From assembly GCF_000008465.1 (NCBI RefSeq), contig NC_006512.1:1530001-1562000 (forward strand): a DNA stretch of 32,000 bases, in the 5' to 3' direction. Shown here piece by piece: positions 1 through 9,688 of this stretch. Under the pieces are notes generated by a model, which was not told where the DNA came from, made no database searches, and saw nothing but the letters and a program-made list of their open reading frames with translations. The stretch comes from Idiomarina loihiensis L2TR. GTDB taxonomy: Bacteria > Pseudomonadota > Gammaproteobacteria > Enterobacterales > Alteromonadaceae. A program made the translations under genes and the position numbers. The first letter of the stretch is position 1. The number at the start of each line of letters is the position of its first letter.

Positions 1-1836
1 GTTGCCAGTGCTCCCGTGGTTGGGGCCTTACAACGTGAACGTGGTCTTTCAGCACTGACTATGGCCTCTGGCTTCAGTCAGAATAATGTAGACAATTTAC
101 AGCGGCAGCGCGATGAGCTGGATCAATTTATTAACCAGTTCTTAACTAAAACACAAAATATTGCAGCTGAAATAACTTTTTCAAAGAAAATTCAGCAGAA
201 AATTGAAGCTGTACAAAACAATAAACTGGATGAGTGGCGCGGTAAAATAGACAGCCGCCAAATGGATCGCCAGCAAATGGTGAACCTTTATACTCAAGCC
301 ATAAGCTCATTACTTAGTGTTGTCGACGATGTCATTGCTGAGTCCTCAAATTCGCAAATTACGCGGGAACTCAGCACCTATTCTTTAATAGCAAATACAG
401 CCGAAGCGGCAGGAAAAGAACGAGCGTCTGTCGCTGCTTATTTAGCCTCCGGACAAGCCAATACGAAAGAACTGGCTAAACTGCAAAGTTTGTCCGGACA
501 ACAGCATGCGCTATTGGATAACGCCTTCTATGCCGCGAATAAGTCGTTAAAACCGCTGATAGAAGAACTGATAAATTCGTCTCAGCTGGCTAAAGTAAAA
601 GCCACACGCGAGCAGCTTCTGGAAAGCGATGTTTTTTCTCAACTGAGTGGTATGGAATGGTTCCAACTCAGTACTCAATATATCACCAGAATCAATAAAG
701 CGAATCAGGCGGTGCTCGAAGTCGTTAGTGAATCCTCTATAGCAACAGCAAGCGAAACGTTAAGCCAGTTGTGGCTGTTAGTTATTCTGATTTCTGCTTT
801 TATCCTGGCGATTGTAGTACTCACGTTCTTTATTCTGAAAGGAATATACAGCCAGGTAAGAGAGCTCCTCGAAGGCATAGACTTTGTAATGAAAAACAAA
901 GATTTACGCCGGAAAGTTTCAAGTAAAACAACGGATGAACTGGGGAATATTGGTTCGGCTTTTAACCAGTTGCTGGAGAAGTTTAACGCTTCTTTGAATA
1001 AAATTGATCAAATGAGTGTTCAGCTTGCCACGGCAACCGAAGAAACAAGCTCTACTGCTTCGCAAAACTCGGAGCAAATAACCCGTCAGCAAAAACAAAC
1101 CGAACAGGTCGCTACTGCCACTGAAGAAATGAGCGCTACCGCATCAGAAATTAGCGAGAATATTCAACGCGTTGTCGATGCTGCCGATAGTTCCATCAAC
1201 AGCAAAAACAAAGGTGAAGCCGCTGTTCGCGAAAGTATCAACAGTGTCAGAGCCTTAGCTTCTGCGATAGGAAATGTAGGCGAAGTAATTAGTCAATTGC
1301 AGGAACGCAGCGTTAACATTAATCGCGTTATTGACGTTATTCAAAATGTCGCCGACCAGACTAATTTACTTGCGCTAAATGCTGCAATCGAAGCCGCTCG
1401 CGCAGGCGAACATGGTCGTGGTTTTTCAGTTGTGGCTGACGAGGTGCGAAAATTAGCAAGCCAGACTCATAATTCAACCAATGAAATTTCTGAAATGCTG
1501 ACCGGTTTTCAGCAGCTATCAGATGCCGCCTATAAAGATGTGAATGAAAGTAAATCTATAGCCACAGCAACAGAGGAGCAAGCCAGAGAGCTAGAACAGG
1601 CTTTTGCAGTCATATCTGAGGACATAAATAGTATCTCCGAAATGTCGACTCAAATAGCGACCGCATCTGAAGAGCAAGTTGCTGTAGCAAAAGATATTGC
1701 CAACAATATGGAGTCAGTTAATGAAGCGTCGCTTCTTATTCTGACAGGCTCGCAGGAGATTAAGAGCGTAACCGAGGAACAGGCTAAATCGGCCAGAGAA
1801 TTACAAGATTTAGCGATGGAGTTTAAAACCGCTTAA
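1..1836 (+). CDS. Methyl-accepting chemotaxis protein with NIT-type (nitrate/nitrite-sensing family) periplasmic domain; 5' end cut by window edge
   Basis: The reading frame is open from nt 1, so the listed GTG at 16 is probably internal. The N-terminal LQRERGLSA region resembles NIT domains. It is followed by one TM helix ([23 protein letters not shown]), a HAMP-like linker and the conserved MCP signalling hairpin [36 protein letters not shown]. Confidence 0.85.
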   Translation, partial: VASAPVVGALQRERGLSALTMASGFSQNNVDNLQRQRDELDQFINQFLTKTQNIAAEITFSKKIQQKIEAVQNNKLDEWRGKIDSRQMDRQQMVNLYTQAISSLLSVVDDVIAESSNSQITRELSTYSLIANTAEAAGKERASVAAYLASGQANTKELAKLQSLSGQQHALLDNAFYAANKSLKPLIEELINSSQLAKVKATREQLLESDVFSQLSGMEWFQLSTQYITRINKANQAVLEVVSESSIATASETLSQLWLLVILISAFILAIVVLTFFILKGIYSQVRELLEGIDFVMKNKDLRRKVSSKTTDELGNIGSAFNQLLEKFNASLNKIDQMSVQLATATEETSSTASQNSEQITRQQKQTEQVATATEEMSATASEISENIQRVVDAADSSINSKNKGEAAVRESINSVRALASAIGNVGEVISQLQERSVNINRVIDVIQNVADQTNLLALNAAIEAARAGEHGRGFSVVADEVRKLASQTHNSTNEISEMLTGFQQLSDAAYKDVNESKSIATATEEQARELEQAFAVISEDINSISEMSTQIATASEEQVAVAKDIANNMESVNEASLLILTGSQEIKSVTEEQAKSARELQDLAMEFKTA

Positions 1837-1857
1837 TTGTTACCTCAATGACTATAA

Positions 1858-1890
1858 GGCCTGACTTTTTTATTGTCGGGCTTTCTGTTC
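1858..1890 (+). terminator. Possible rho-independent terminator after the MCP gene
   Basis: Imperfect hairpin GGCCTGAC-N9-GTCGGGCT (one G.U pair) followed by a T-rich tract TTTCTGTTCT, 22 nt after the stop codon. Confidence 0.35.
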
Positions 1891-2058
1891 TCAGGCCGCT
1901 CAGAAAAGAGTCTGCGGGTAATTTCTTGTTTAATTCAACGCGTGTGAAGTTAAGTAAAAAGTCTGGACTCTGACGCTAATTAATATCACCCTTGCTCTCT
2001 TAGTCTCAAAAAAACCACATCAGAAATTGGTTTTATAAAAAGCAAAAAGGTAACAATA

Positions 2059-2673
2059 ATGAAAATCCGGCTTTCCATGCTTACTTTACTTTTAGGAACA
2101 GCATTATCTCATACCTCGATCGCTCAGGATCAAGTGATTAAACCAGCTCCCAGGGTTTCAACTCAGGCTCAGGCTGAGTTTTTTGCTGCTATAAACAAGC
2201 TTTGTGGTAATTCTTATGTAGGCGAGGTAACAGTCGATACGCCAACGTCAGAAGGGTTCGAAGGTGACTTAGTGATGCACGTTCGTAAGTGTGGTGAACA
2301 ACGAATCGAAATCCCTTTTCATGTCGGAGACAACCACTCGCGCACCTGGATATTAACCCAAACAGGTTCCGGTATTAGCCTAAAACACGATCACCGTAAA
2401 CCTGACGGCAACTATGATCCGTTAACTATGTATGGCGGACATACCACTGACAAGGGCTATGCAACTGCACAATCCTTTCCTGTAGATGCCTATTCTAAAG
2501 AGTTATTTATTGAACTTGGCGTCCCGCAATCAAATACAAACACCTGGCAAATGTACATTCACGACAATACCTTTACGTATCGTTTGGTTAGAGAAGGTCG
2601 CGAGTTTCGGGTGGACTTTGACTTAACGGAGCCGGTTGAAACACCAGCTACTCCATGGGGATACGCGGACTAA
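2059..2673 (+). CDS. Hypothetical secreted protein (204 aa)
   Basis: ATG start with an A/G-rich upstream region (aaaaaggtaacaataATG). Sec-type signal peptide MKIRLSMLTLLLGTALSHTSIAQ-D. I recognise no family motif. Confidence 0.6.
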   Translation: MKIRLSMLTLLLGTALSHTSIAQDQVIKPAPRVSTQAQAEFFAAINKLCGNSYVGEVTVDTPTSEGFEGDLVMHVRKCGEQRIEIPFHVGDNHSRTWILTQTGSGISLKHDHRKPDGNYDPLTMYGGHTTDKGYATAQSFPVDAYSKELFIELGVPQSNTNTWQMYIHDNTFTYRLVREGREFRVDFDLTEPVETPATPWGYAD

Positions 2674-2689
2674 GGTTTGCCGAGTAAAA

Positions 2690-2944
2690 CTAATTAATAT
2701 CGCTCCAGTGCGTATTTTTATTACTTTTTTCTTCCTTTTCCATTAGCACCAGAGTGAGATAAATTTTGGTGGGCAGCGACAGAATAACGCCAACAGCATT
2801 CATCGCTGCCCCCAAAATATAGCCACGAAAATCAATATCATCGTTGCCAATAGTCACAGCCAGCACAACATGCCCTAACAAAATTAGGGTAATGCCGGTG
2901 ATCATGGCAATTTTGAGTAACTTGACTTGCGTGGCTTTTTCCAC
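2690..2944 (-). CDS. Small predicted 2-TM membrane protein (84 aa), GTG start directly abutting the prpF stop
   Basis: Two clear hydrophobic helices (IAMITGITLILLGHVVLAV and ILGAAMNAVGVILSLPTKIYLTLVL). The GTG at 2942-2944 immediately follows the prpF TAA (2945-2947), with GGGGGA about 10 nt upstream. No family recognised, so it could be a spurious ORF. Confidence 0.4.
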   Translation of the reverse strand: MEKATQVKLLKIAMITGITLILLGHVVLAVTIGNDDIDFRGYILGAAMNAVGVILSLPTKIYLTLVLMEKEEKSNKNTHWSDIN

Positions 2945-4123
2945 TTAAAGAACGTCCCCCGGAATACACACCTGCCCTTCCATTAACACTCGGGCACTGC
3001 GACTCATAATGGCTTTAATGGCTGTCCATTGACCATTCACCTGTTTACATTCAGCGCCTACTTGCAAGGTACCTGAAGGATGGCCGAAATTCACCATAGT
3101 ACGGTCTTTACCGCCCGCGGCTAAATTAACGGTTGTACCTGGAATAGCTGCAGCAGTGCCGATAGCAACAGCAGCAGTGCCCATCATGGCGTGATGCAAT
3201 TTTCCCATCGACATCGCCCTTACCAGCAAGTCAATGTCGTTGGCCTTAATGACCTTGCCACTGGATGCGGTGTAGTCTTTTGGCGTTGCCACAAAAGCCA
3301 CTTTAGGCGTGTGTTGCCGGTTAGCCGCCTCGCTAATGTCGTCAATCAAGCCCATCTTCACCGCACCATAGGCACGGATGGTTTCAAAGCGCTCCAGTGC
3401 TTCAGGACTGCCGTTAATGACTTCCTGCAACTCAGTACCGTCGTATCCAATTTCCTCCGCATTGAGGAAAATGGTCGGGATGCCCGCATTAATCATCGTA
3501 GCTTTTAATGTACCAATGCCAGGAACCTCTAAATCATCGATTAAGTTACCGGTCGGAAACATGGATTCGCCGTCGGCAGACGGGTCCATAAACTCCACCG
3601 GAACTTCAGCCGCCGGGAAGGTGACACCGTCCAGAATAAAGTCACCGGTTTCCTGCACTTCGCCATTAACCATAGGCACTTTATTGACAATGGTTTTGCC
3701 AATATTGGCTTGCCAGATGCGCACTTCGCACACACCGTTTTCAGGTAAACGCTCAGCATCGACAAGACCGTTAGCAATAGCAAATGGTCCTACTGCCGAA
3801 GATAAATTCCCGCAGTTTCCGCTCCAGTCGACAAAAGGCTTATCAATAGACACCTGACCGAACAGGTAGTCTACGTCATGGCCTGGTTGCTCACTTTTAG
3901 AGACGATAACCGTTTTGCTGGTACTCGAGGTCGCACCTCCCATACCGTCGGTATGCTTGGCATAAGGATCCGGGCTACCGATTACACGCATCAGCATGGC
4001 ATCACGCACAGCACCCGGCTGTTGTGCCGGTTCGGGTAAGTCCTGCAAACGGAAAAATACGCCTTTCGAGGTCCCGCCACGCATATAGGTGGCGGGAATT
4101 TTAATTTGTGGTTTCTGCTTCAT
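2945..4123 (-). CDS. prpF: 2-methylaconitate cis-trans isomerase PrpF
   Basis: The N-terminus MKQKPQIKIPATYMRGGTSKGVFF and the 392-aa length fit the PrpF family. GGAG lies 8 nt upstream of the ATG. The gene is immediately downstream of acnD, the canonical AcnD/PrpF pairing. Confidence 0.9.
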   Translation of the reverse strand: MKQKPQIKIPATYMRGGTSKGVFFRLQDLPEPAQQPGAVRDAMLMRVIGSPDPYAKHTDGMGGATSSTSKTVIVSKSEQPGHDVDYLFGQVSIDKPFVDWSGNCGNLSSAVGPFAIANGLVDAERLPENGVCEVRIWQANIGKTIVNKVPMVNGEVQETGDFILDGVTFPAAEVPVEFMDPSADGESMFPTGNLIDDLEVPGIGTLKATMINAGIPTIFLNAEEIGYDGTELQEVINGSPEALERFETIRAYGAVKMGLIDDISEAANRQHTPKVAFVATPKDYTASSGKVIKANDIDLLVRAMSMGKLHHAMMGTAAVAIGTAAAIPGTTVNLAAGGKDRTMVNFGHPSGTLQVGAECKQVNGQWTAIKAIMSRSARVLMEGQVCIPGDVL

Positions 4124-4135
4124 TATTAGAACTCC

Positions 4136-6730
4136 TTAGCTTGCTTCTGCTTCTAAAAAGTCCTGAGCAAAACGTTGCAGCACACCGCCGGCTTCATAAA
4201 TTGACACTTCTTCTTTGGTGTCTAAGCGGCACTGTACCGGCACTTCTTCACTGTCACCATTGGCACGATGAATCACCAGCGTTAGCTTAGACCCGGCCTC
4301 AGGTGTACCTTTCACATCAAAGGTTTCAGTGCCGTCAATATTCAGCGTTTTACGTGTAGTGCCCTCTTCAAACTGCAGCGGTAATACGCCCATACCAATT
4401 AAGTTGGTACGGTGAATACGCTCAAAACCTTCGGCAACAATGACTTCAACACCCGCTAAGCGCACACCTTTTGCCGCCCAGTCGCGTGACGAGCCCTGAC
4501 CGTAGTCTGCACCAGCGACAATAATCAGCGGCTGTTTGTTTTCCATATAGTGTTCAATGGCTTCCCACATGCGCACGGTTTTACCTTCCGGCTCAATGCG
4601 TGCCAGCGAGCCCTGAATGACTTTACCGTCTTCGCCTTTCACCATTTCATTAAACAGTTTCGGGTTAGCAAAGGTCGCGCGCTGCGCTGTTAAATGGTCG
4701 CCACGATGCGTTGCGTAAGAGTTAAAATCCTCTTCCGGCACACCCATTTTCGCCAGATACTCACCCGCCGCACTGTCAGCCATAATGGCGTTTGACGGTG
4801 ACAAATGGTCGGTGGTGATGTTATCACCCAGCACGGCTAACGGGCGCATGCCCTTCATGGTACGTTCTGCAGCTAATGCGCCTTCCCAATATGGCGGACG
4901 ACGAATATAAGTGGTTTGCGGGCGCCAGTCATATAGCGGATTGTTTTTCTCGCCGTAATCCACCGACAGGTCAAACATCGGGTCATACACCTTACGGAAT
5001 TGCTCAGGCTTAACGCTCTGTTTCACAATGGCATCAATTTCTTCGTCGCTTGGCCAAATGTCTTTCAGCGTTACCGGATTACCGTCAGGGTCAATGCCCA
5101 ATACGTCTTTCTCAATATCAAAACGAATGGTACCCGCTATGGCGTAGGCTACGACCAATGGTGGAGACGCCAAAAACGCCTGCTTAGCATATGGGTGAAT
5201 GCGGCCATCAAAGTTACGGTTACCGGATAGTACCGCTGTGGAGAACAAGTCGCGGTCAATGATTTCCTGCTGTATCTTCGGATCTAAAGAACCACTCATG
5301 CCGTTACAGGTGGTACAGGCAAACGCCACCACGCCAAAGCCTAAATCTTCCAACTCAGGCAACAATTCAGCTTCTTCCAGATACATTTTGACCGTCTTAG
5401 ATCCCGGTGCCAGCGATGATTTCACCCATGGCTTACGGGTTAACCCCAACTTGTTCGCGTTACGGGCAATAAGGCCAGCCGCAATCATATTGCGTGGGTT
5501 ACTGGTATTAGTACAGCTGGTAATAGCCGCAATAATCACCGCTCCGTCAGGCATTTTGCCCTCTTCCGGGTTCTCAATGTGCTTCGCAACACCACGCTCC
5601 GACAGTTCCGATGCCGGTAGCAGCGAATGCGGGTTCGAAGGCCCGGCCAGGTTACGCTTAACTTTCGATAAATCGAACTTAAGTACTCGGCCATATTCGG
5701 CAGACTTTAAGCTGTCGGCCCACAATCCGGTTTCTTTGGCAAAATGCTCAACCAATTCTACCTGGTCATCGTCACGACCGGTCAGTTTCAGGTAATCAAT
5801 AGTTTGATCATCAATATAGAACATGGCCGCAGTCGCGCCGTATTCCGGTGTCATATTAGAAATGGTTGCACGGTCGCCAACGGTTAAAGCTTCTGCACCT
5901 TCGCCGTAAAACTCCAGGTAGGCGCCAACGACACGCTCTTTACGCAAGAACTCGGTCATTTCCAACACTAAATCCGTGCTGGTAATACCCGGTTGCAGTT
6001 TACCGCTCAGCTCAACGCCAATAATGTCAGGCAAGCGCATATAAGATGCACGCCCCAGCATAACGCTTTCCGCTTCCAGGCCACCAACACCGACAGAGAT
6101 AACACCTAAGGCATCAACCATTGGCGTATGGCTGTCAGTACCTACACAGGTATCGACAAAAGCGACATTGTCACGTACCTGAACTACCGGGGACATTTTC
6201 TCCAGGTTGATCTGGTGCATAATGCCGTTGCCGGGAGGAATGACATCAACGTTTTTAAAAGCCGTTTTGGTCCAGTTAATAAAGTGAAAACGGTCATCGT
6301 TACGACGGTCTTCAATAGCCCGGTTTTTTTCAAAAGCGTCTTTATCAAAACCTGCATGCTCAACGGCCAGTGAATGATCAACAATCAACTGGGTTGGTAC
6401 CACAGGGTTCACTTTGGCGGGGTCCCCGCCTTTTTCAGCAATGGCGTCACGCAATCCGGCTAAATCCACTAAGGCTGTCTGACCTAAAATATCATGACAG
6501 ACAACGCGTGCCGGGAACCATGGGAAATCGTGTTCTTTTTTGCGGTAAATCAACTGTTCTAACGATTGCGTCAGAATATCCGCCGGGCAGCGACGGACTA
6601 AGTTTTCAGCTAATACACGGGAAGTATAAGGCAGGCGCGCATAGGCACCCGGTTCAATCGCATCTACAGCGGCTTGAGTATCAAAGTACTCGAGCGTAGT
6701 ACCAGCGAGTTTTTTACGGTATGAAGTCAT
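4136..6730 (-). CDS. acnD: Fe/S-dependent 2-methylcitrate dehydratase AcnD (aconitase family)
   Basis: 864-aa aconitase-family protein with cluster-ligand regions ITSCTNTSNP and ACTTCNGMSG. Its position between prpC and prpF is diagnostic of AcnD. Confidence 0.92.
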   Translation of the reverse strand: MTSYRKKLAGTTLEYFDTQAAVDAIEPGAYARLPYTSRVLAENLVRRCPADILTQSLEQLIYRKKEHDFPWFPARVVCHDILGQTALVDLAGLRDAIAEKGGDPAKVNPVVPTQLIVDHSLAVEHAGFDKDAFEKNRAIEDRRNDDRFHFINWTKTAFKNVDVIPPGNGIMHQINLEKMSPVVQVRDNVAFVDTCVGTDSHTPMVDALGVISVGVGGLEAESVMLGRASYMRLPDIIGVELSGKLQPGITSTDLVLEMTEFLRKERVVGAYLEFYGEGAEALTVGDRATISNMTPEYGATAAMFYIDDQTIDYLKLTGRDDDQVELVEHFAKETGLWADSLKSAEYGRVLKFDLSKVKRNLAGPSNPHSLLPASELSERGVAKHIENPEEGKMPDGAVIIAAITSCTNTSNPRNMIAAGLIARNANKLGLTRKPWVKSSLAPGSKTVKMYLEEAELLPELEDLGFGVVAFACTTCNGMSGSLDPKIQQEIIDRDLFSTAVLSGNRNFDGRIHPYAKQAFLASPPLVVAYAIAGTIRFDIEKDVLGIDPDGNPVTLKDIWPSDEEIDAIVKQSVKPEQFRKVYDPMFDLSVDYGEKNNPLYDWRPQTTYIRRPPYWEGALAAERTMKGMRPLAVLGDNITTDHLSPSNAIMADSAAGEYLAKMGVPEEDFNSYATHRGDHLTAQRATFANPKLFNEMVKGEDGKVIQGSLARIEPEGKTVRMWEAIEHYMENKQPLIIVAGADYGQGSSRDWAAKGVRLAGVEVIVAEGFERIHRTNLIGMGVLPLQFEEGTTRKTLNIDGTETFDVKGTPEAGSKLTLVIHRANGDSEEVPVQCRLDTKEEVSIYEAGGVLQRFAQDFLEAEAS

Positions 6731-6758
6731 GAGTTACCACTTATCGTCATGGTTAAAC

Positions 6759-6787
6759 GAAAAAAGGAGCAGTAGATGACTGCTCCT
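6759..6787 (-). terminator. Intra-operon rho-independent terminator/attenuator between prpC and acnD
   Basis: On the - strand: AGGAGCAGT-catct-ACTGCTCCT (9-bp stem, 5-nt loop) followed by TTTTT. It lies about 27 nt after the prpC stop and about 30 nt before the acnD ATG. Confidence 0.5.
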
Positions 6788-6813
6788 GTACTATTTATCA
6801 GTCGAAGAACAGA

Positions 6814-7938
6814 TTAACGCTCTTCTAAAGCCGGAACTTTACGCGGCTCGGGGCCTGTATAATCGGCACTTGGGCGGATAATACGGTTGTTTGCACGCTG
6901 CTCTTTCACATGAGCGGTCCAGCCGGTCACACGCGACATAACAAAGATTGGTGTAAACAATTTGGTTGGAATACCCATGTAGTGATAAGCCGATGCATGG
7001 AAGAAATCCGCATTCGGGAACAATTTCTTCTCGTCCCACATGACTTTTTCACAACGCACAGACACGTCGTACAAGCGGCTATCACCCACTTCTTCCGACA
7101 GCTTCTTAGACCAGGCTTTAATCACGTCGTTACGCGGATCAAAATCACGGTAAATGGCATGACCAAAACCCATGATTTTCTCTTTGCGTTCCAGCATGCC
7201 TTTCAGTTTCTGCTCGGCATCGTCAGCGTCTTTCATGCCCTCAATCAGCTCCATTGCCGCTTCGTTTGCACCACCATGAAGTGGCCCGCGTAATGAACCA
7301 ATGGCACCGGTCACACAAGAGTGAATATCTGACAAGGTTGAAGCACAAACACGAGCCGTAAAGGTTGATGCGTTAAACTCATGCTCAGCATAAAGAATTA
7401 ACGAAGTGTTCATTACTGCTGCGTGCAGCTCTGAAGGTGCTTTGTCGTGTAACAAGCGCAGGAAGTGTGCACCAATAGACTCTTCTTCAGAATCGGTATC
7501 AATACGCACGCCGTCGTGAGTATAGCGGTACCAGTACAGTACGATACCCGGGAAAGTCGCCAGCAAACGTTCGATGTGATCATCCGCTTCATCAAAGCTT
7601 TCTTCCGTTTCCAGGTTACCCAGCATAGAACAACCGGTACGCATAACATCCATTGGATGCGCTGATTTTGGAATACGCTCAAGTACGTCTTTAACTTCCT
7701 GAGGTAAAGTACGCAGCGACTTCAAGCGCTTTTTGTAGTCTGTTAGCTGTTGCTTATTCGGCAACTCGCCTTTCGCTAAAAGGTAAGCCACTTCTTCAAA
7801 ACTGACTTTTTCCGCCAGTTCAGAAATGTCATAGCCACGGTAGGTTAAACCTGAACCGCTTTTACCAACAGTACATAGTGCCGTTTCGCCGGCTGACTGT
7901 CCGCGCAAACCTGCGCCACTTAGTTTCTTCTCTGCCAT
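6814..7938 (-). CDS. prpC: 2-methylcitrate synthase
   Basis: Citrate-synthase family signature MGFGHAIYRDFDPRN. 374 aa, located between prpB and acnD. Confidence 0.92.
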   Translation of the reverse strand: MAEKKLSGAGLRGQSAGETALCTVGKSGSGLTYRGYDISELAEKVSFEEVAYLLAKGELPNKQQLTDYKKRLKSLRTLPQEVKDVLERIPKSAHPMDVMRTGCSMLGNLETEESFDEADDHIERLLATFPGIVLYWYRYTHDGVRIDTDSEEESIGAHFLRLLHDKAPSELHAAVMNTSLILYAEHEFNASTFTARVCASTLSDIHSCVTGAIGSLRGPLHGGANEAAMELIEGMKDADDAEQKLKGMLERKEKIMGFGHAIYRDFDPRNDVIKAWSKKLSEEVGDSRLYDVSVRCEKVMWDEKKLFPNADFFHASAYHYMGIPTKLFTPIFVMSRVTGWTAHVKEQRANNRIIRPSADYTGPEPRKVPALEER

Positions 7939-7989
7939 AATGTTGTTCCCTTCTTAATTTTTGTATTTGATATCTGCCATCGCTCGTAG

Positions 7990-8037
7990 CCTGACGTTTA
8001 CGTCAGGAACGATATCTCACCTGACATAAATGTCAGG
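7990..8037 (-). repeat. Two tandem near-identical hairpins (CCTGACGT-TT-ACGTCAGG and CCTGACAT-AA-ATGTCAGG) in the prpB-prpC spacer
   Basis: Read directly from the sequence at 7990-8007 and 8020-8037. The second hairpin abuts the prpB stop codon. The flanking TAGCCTGAC / GTCAGGCTA could also pair over a longer range. No T-run follows either hairpin. Confidence 0.6.
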
Positions 8038-8916
8038 CTACTTTTTAAATAATTGGTCTAACTTTTCTTCAAAATCGTGATAGTTCAAAAAGTCATACAA
8101 CTCTGCGCGAGTCTGCATGTCATCAATGACGGCTTTCTGATCGCCGTTCTCTAAAATACTATTGTAGACGTTAAGTGCGGCTTTGTTCATTGCCCGGAAT
8201 GCACTTAAGGGGTAAAGAACAATTTCCACCCCAACATCAGCTAACTCCTGTTTATTAAACAATGGCGTAGCGCCAAATTCAGTGATATTGGCCAGAACCG
8301 GTACATTCAAGGCTTCGGTGAAGGCTTTATATTGATCAAGCGTATGAACGGCTTCTGCAAAAATGGCATCAGCGCCGGCATCCACACAAGCCTGTGCACG
8401 TTCAATAGCGGCCTCCAGACCTTGTTGTTGTAGTGCATCAGTACGCGCCATAATAAGGAACTGGTCGTCAATACGTGCATCTACGGCTGCTTTCACTCGG
8501 TCAACCATCTCTTCCTGCGTCACAATTTCTTTATTTGGGCGGTGGCCACAGCGCTTTTGAGCCACCTGGTCTTCAATGTGCATTCCGGCAGCACCGGCAC
8601 GTGTCATTTCCTGAACGGTACGGGCAATATTAAAAGCGCCGCCCCAGCCTGTGTCAGCATCAACTAACAAAGGGAGATCGGTTGCTGCAGTAATACGGCG
8701 AATGTCTTCACAAACATCATTTAACGAGGTCATGCCTAAGTCAGGTAAACCGAAAGACGCATTCGCTACCCCAGCGCCAGACAGGTATAGCGCTTTGTGC
8801 CCAACCTTTTCTGCCATCATTGCTGTGTAGGCGTTAATGGTGCCAACAATCTGTAAAGGATTTTCGTCGGCAATAGCTTGGCGCAACTTAGCACCCGGGC
8901 TTGTCATATGAGTCAT
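8038..8916 (-). CDS. prpB: Methylisocitrate lyase
   Basis: Isocitrate lyase/PEP mutase family with the catalytic KRCGH motif ([16 protein letters not shown]). 292 aa. Its start overlaps the stop of the upstream regulator by 4 nt (ATGA). Confidence 0.92.
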   Translation of the reverse strand: MTHMTSPGAKLRQAIADENPLQIVGTINAYTAMMAEKVGHKALYLSGAGVANASFGLPDLGMTSLNDVCEDIRRITAATDLPLLVDADTGWGGAFNIARTVQEMTRAGAAGMHIEDQVAQKRCGHRPNKEIVTQEEMVDRVKAAVDARIDDQFLIMARTDALQQQGLEAAIERAQACVDAGADAIFAEAVHTLDQYKAFTEALNVPVLANITEFGATPLFNKQELADVGVEIVLYPLSAFRAMNKAALNVYNSILENGDQKAVIDDMQTRAELYDFLNYHDFEEKLDQLFKK

Positions 8917-9602
8917 GATGTTTCCTTTTCTGTTTGTAACCGTAATTCAATGTTTTTACGAGACGCGCCAATATGCCGGCGCATTAGCAGATCGGCCAAT
9001 TCACCATCGCGATTAGCAATAGCATTAATAATGGCTTTATGTTCATCGAAGGCGCGCGAAACTCTCGGGCCATTCATACCCATCTGTACTCGATACATAC
9101 GGACAAGATAGTAGAGTTCGTCGCAAAGCATATTAATTAAATACTGATTTTTACTGCCTAGTATAATGCGATAGTGAAAATCTAAATCACCGGCTTCCTG
9201 ATAGTAACTCTCACCTTCACGAACCCGCTGAGTTTGCAGATGCTTATCTAAAAGCTGCCTTAACTCGTCAATTTCATTGTCGGGCATTTGCTCTGCCGCT
9301 AAACGACAGGCCAGGCCTTCAAGCTCTTCCCGTATTTGATATAACGAAATTAATCCTTCCAGAGACAGGGTAACCACTCTGGCACCCGCATTCGGAATTC
9401 GTTCAATAAGATGGCAACGCTCAAGTCTGGCTAAAGCTTCACGCAATGGCGCTCTGCTGACATTGAAACGCCGGGCAAGCTCCGGTTCGCTAATTTTGCA
9501 ACCCGCCGCAATATCTCCTTCGACAATAGCGCGCTGTATTTCAAACAAAACGCGGTCTGATGAAGTAATGGCGGAACGTTCTAAAGGGCTGACTATTTGC
9601 AT
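8913..9602 (-). CDS. GntR-family (FadR/FCD-type) transcriptional regulator, first gene of the methylcitrate operon
   Basis: N-terminal winged HTH ([33 protein letters not shown]) plus a helical C-terminal domain. It is translationally coupled to prpB. This is the GntR-type propionate regulator arrangement known in Shewanella/Vibrio-type prp loci. Confidence 0.85.
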   Translation of the reverse strand: MQIVSPLERSAITSSDRVLFEIQRAIVEGDIAAGCKISEPELARRFNVSRAPLREALARLERCHLIERIPNAGARVVTLSLEGLISLYQIREELEGLACRLAAEQMPDNEIDELRQLLDKHLQTQRVREGESYYQEAGDLDFHYRIILGSKNQYLINMLCDELYYLVRMYRVQMGMNGPRVSRAFDEHKAIINAIANRDGELADLLMRRHIGASRKNIELRLQTEKETS

Positions 9603-9604
9603 TA

Positions 9605-9616
9605 ATTGTCGACAGT
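9605..9616. promoter_or_regulatory. Candidate GntR-type operator ATTGTCGACAGT (10/12 palindrome)
   Basis: Lies 2 nt upstream of the regulator ATG. It shares the core TTGTCGACA with the perfect palindrome at 9677-9688. Confidence 0.45.
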
Positions 9617-9676
9617 AATTATTGATTTAGCTATTTTCCACGAAAAAACCGATATTTGCAAGGCGAACTAAATTAA

Positions 9677-9688
9677 ATTGTCGACAAT
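9677..9688. promoter_or_regulatory. Candidate GntR-type operator ATTGTCGACAAT (perfect 12-bp palindrome)
   Basis: Perfect inverted repeat in the divergent intergenic region between the prp regulator and the TerC gene. The GT..AC half-site spacing is consistent with GntR-family operators. Confidence 0.5.

Noticed and set aside
3191-3857. + strand ORFs of 105 and 159 aa antisense to prpF
   Set aside because: They lie fully inside a confidently assigned gene on the other strand. Their Ser/Pro/Arg-rich, low-complexity translations are typical of shadow ORFs, and they have no SD or family motif.
5000-6699. Several + strand ORFs (76-198 aa) and a - strand out-of-frame ORF inside acnD
   Set aside because: All are nested within the 864-aa aconitase-family gene, and their compositions are typical of antisense or out-of-frame reading of a real gene.
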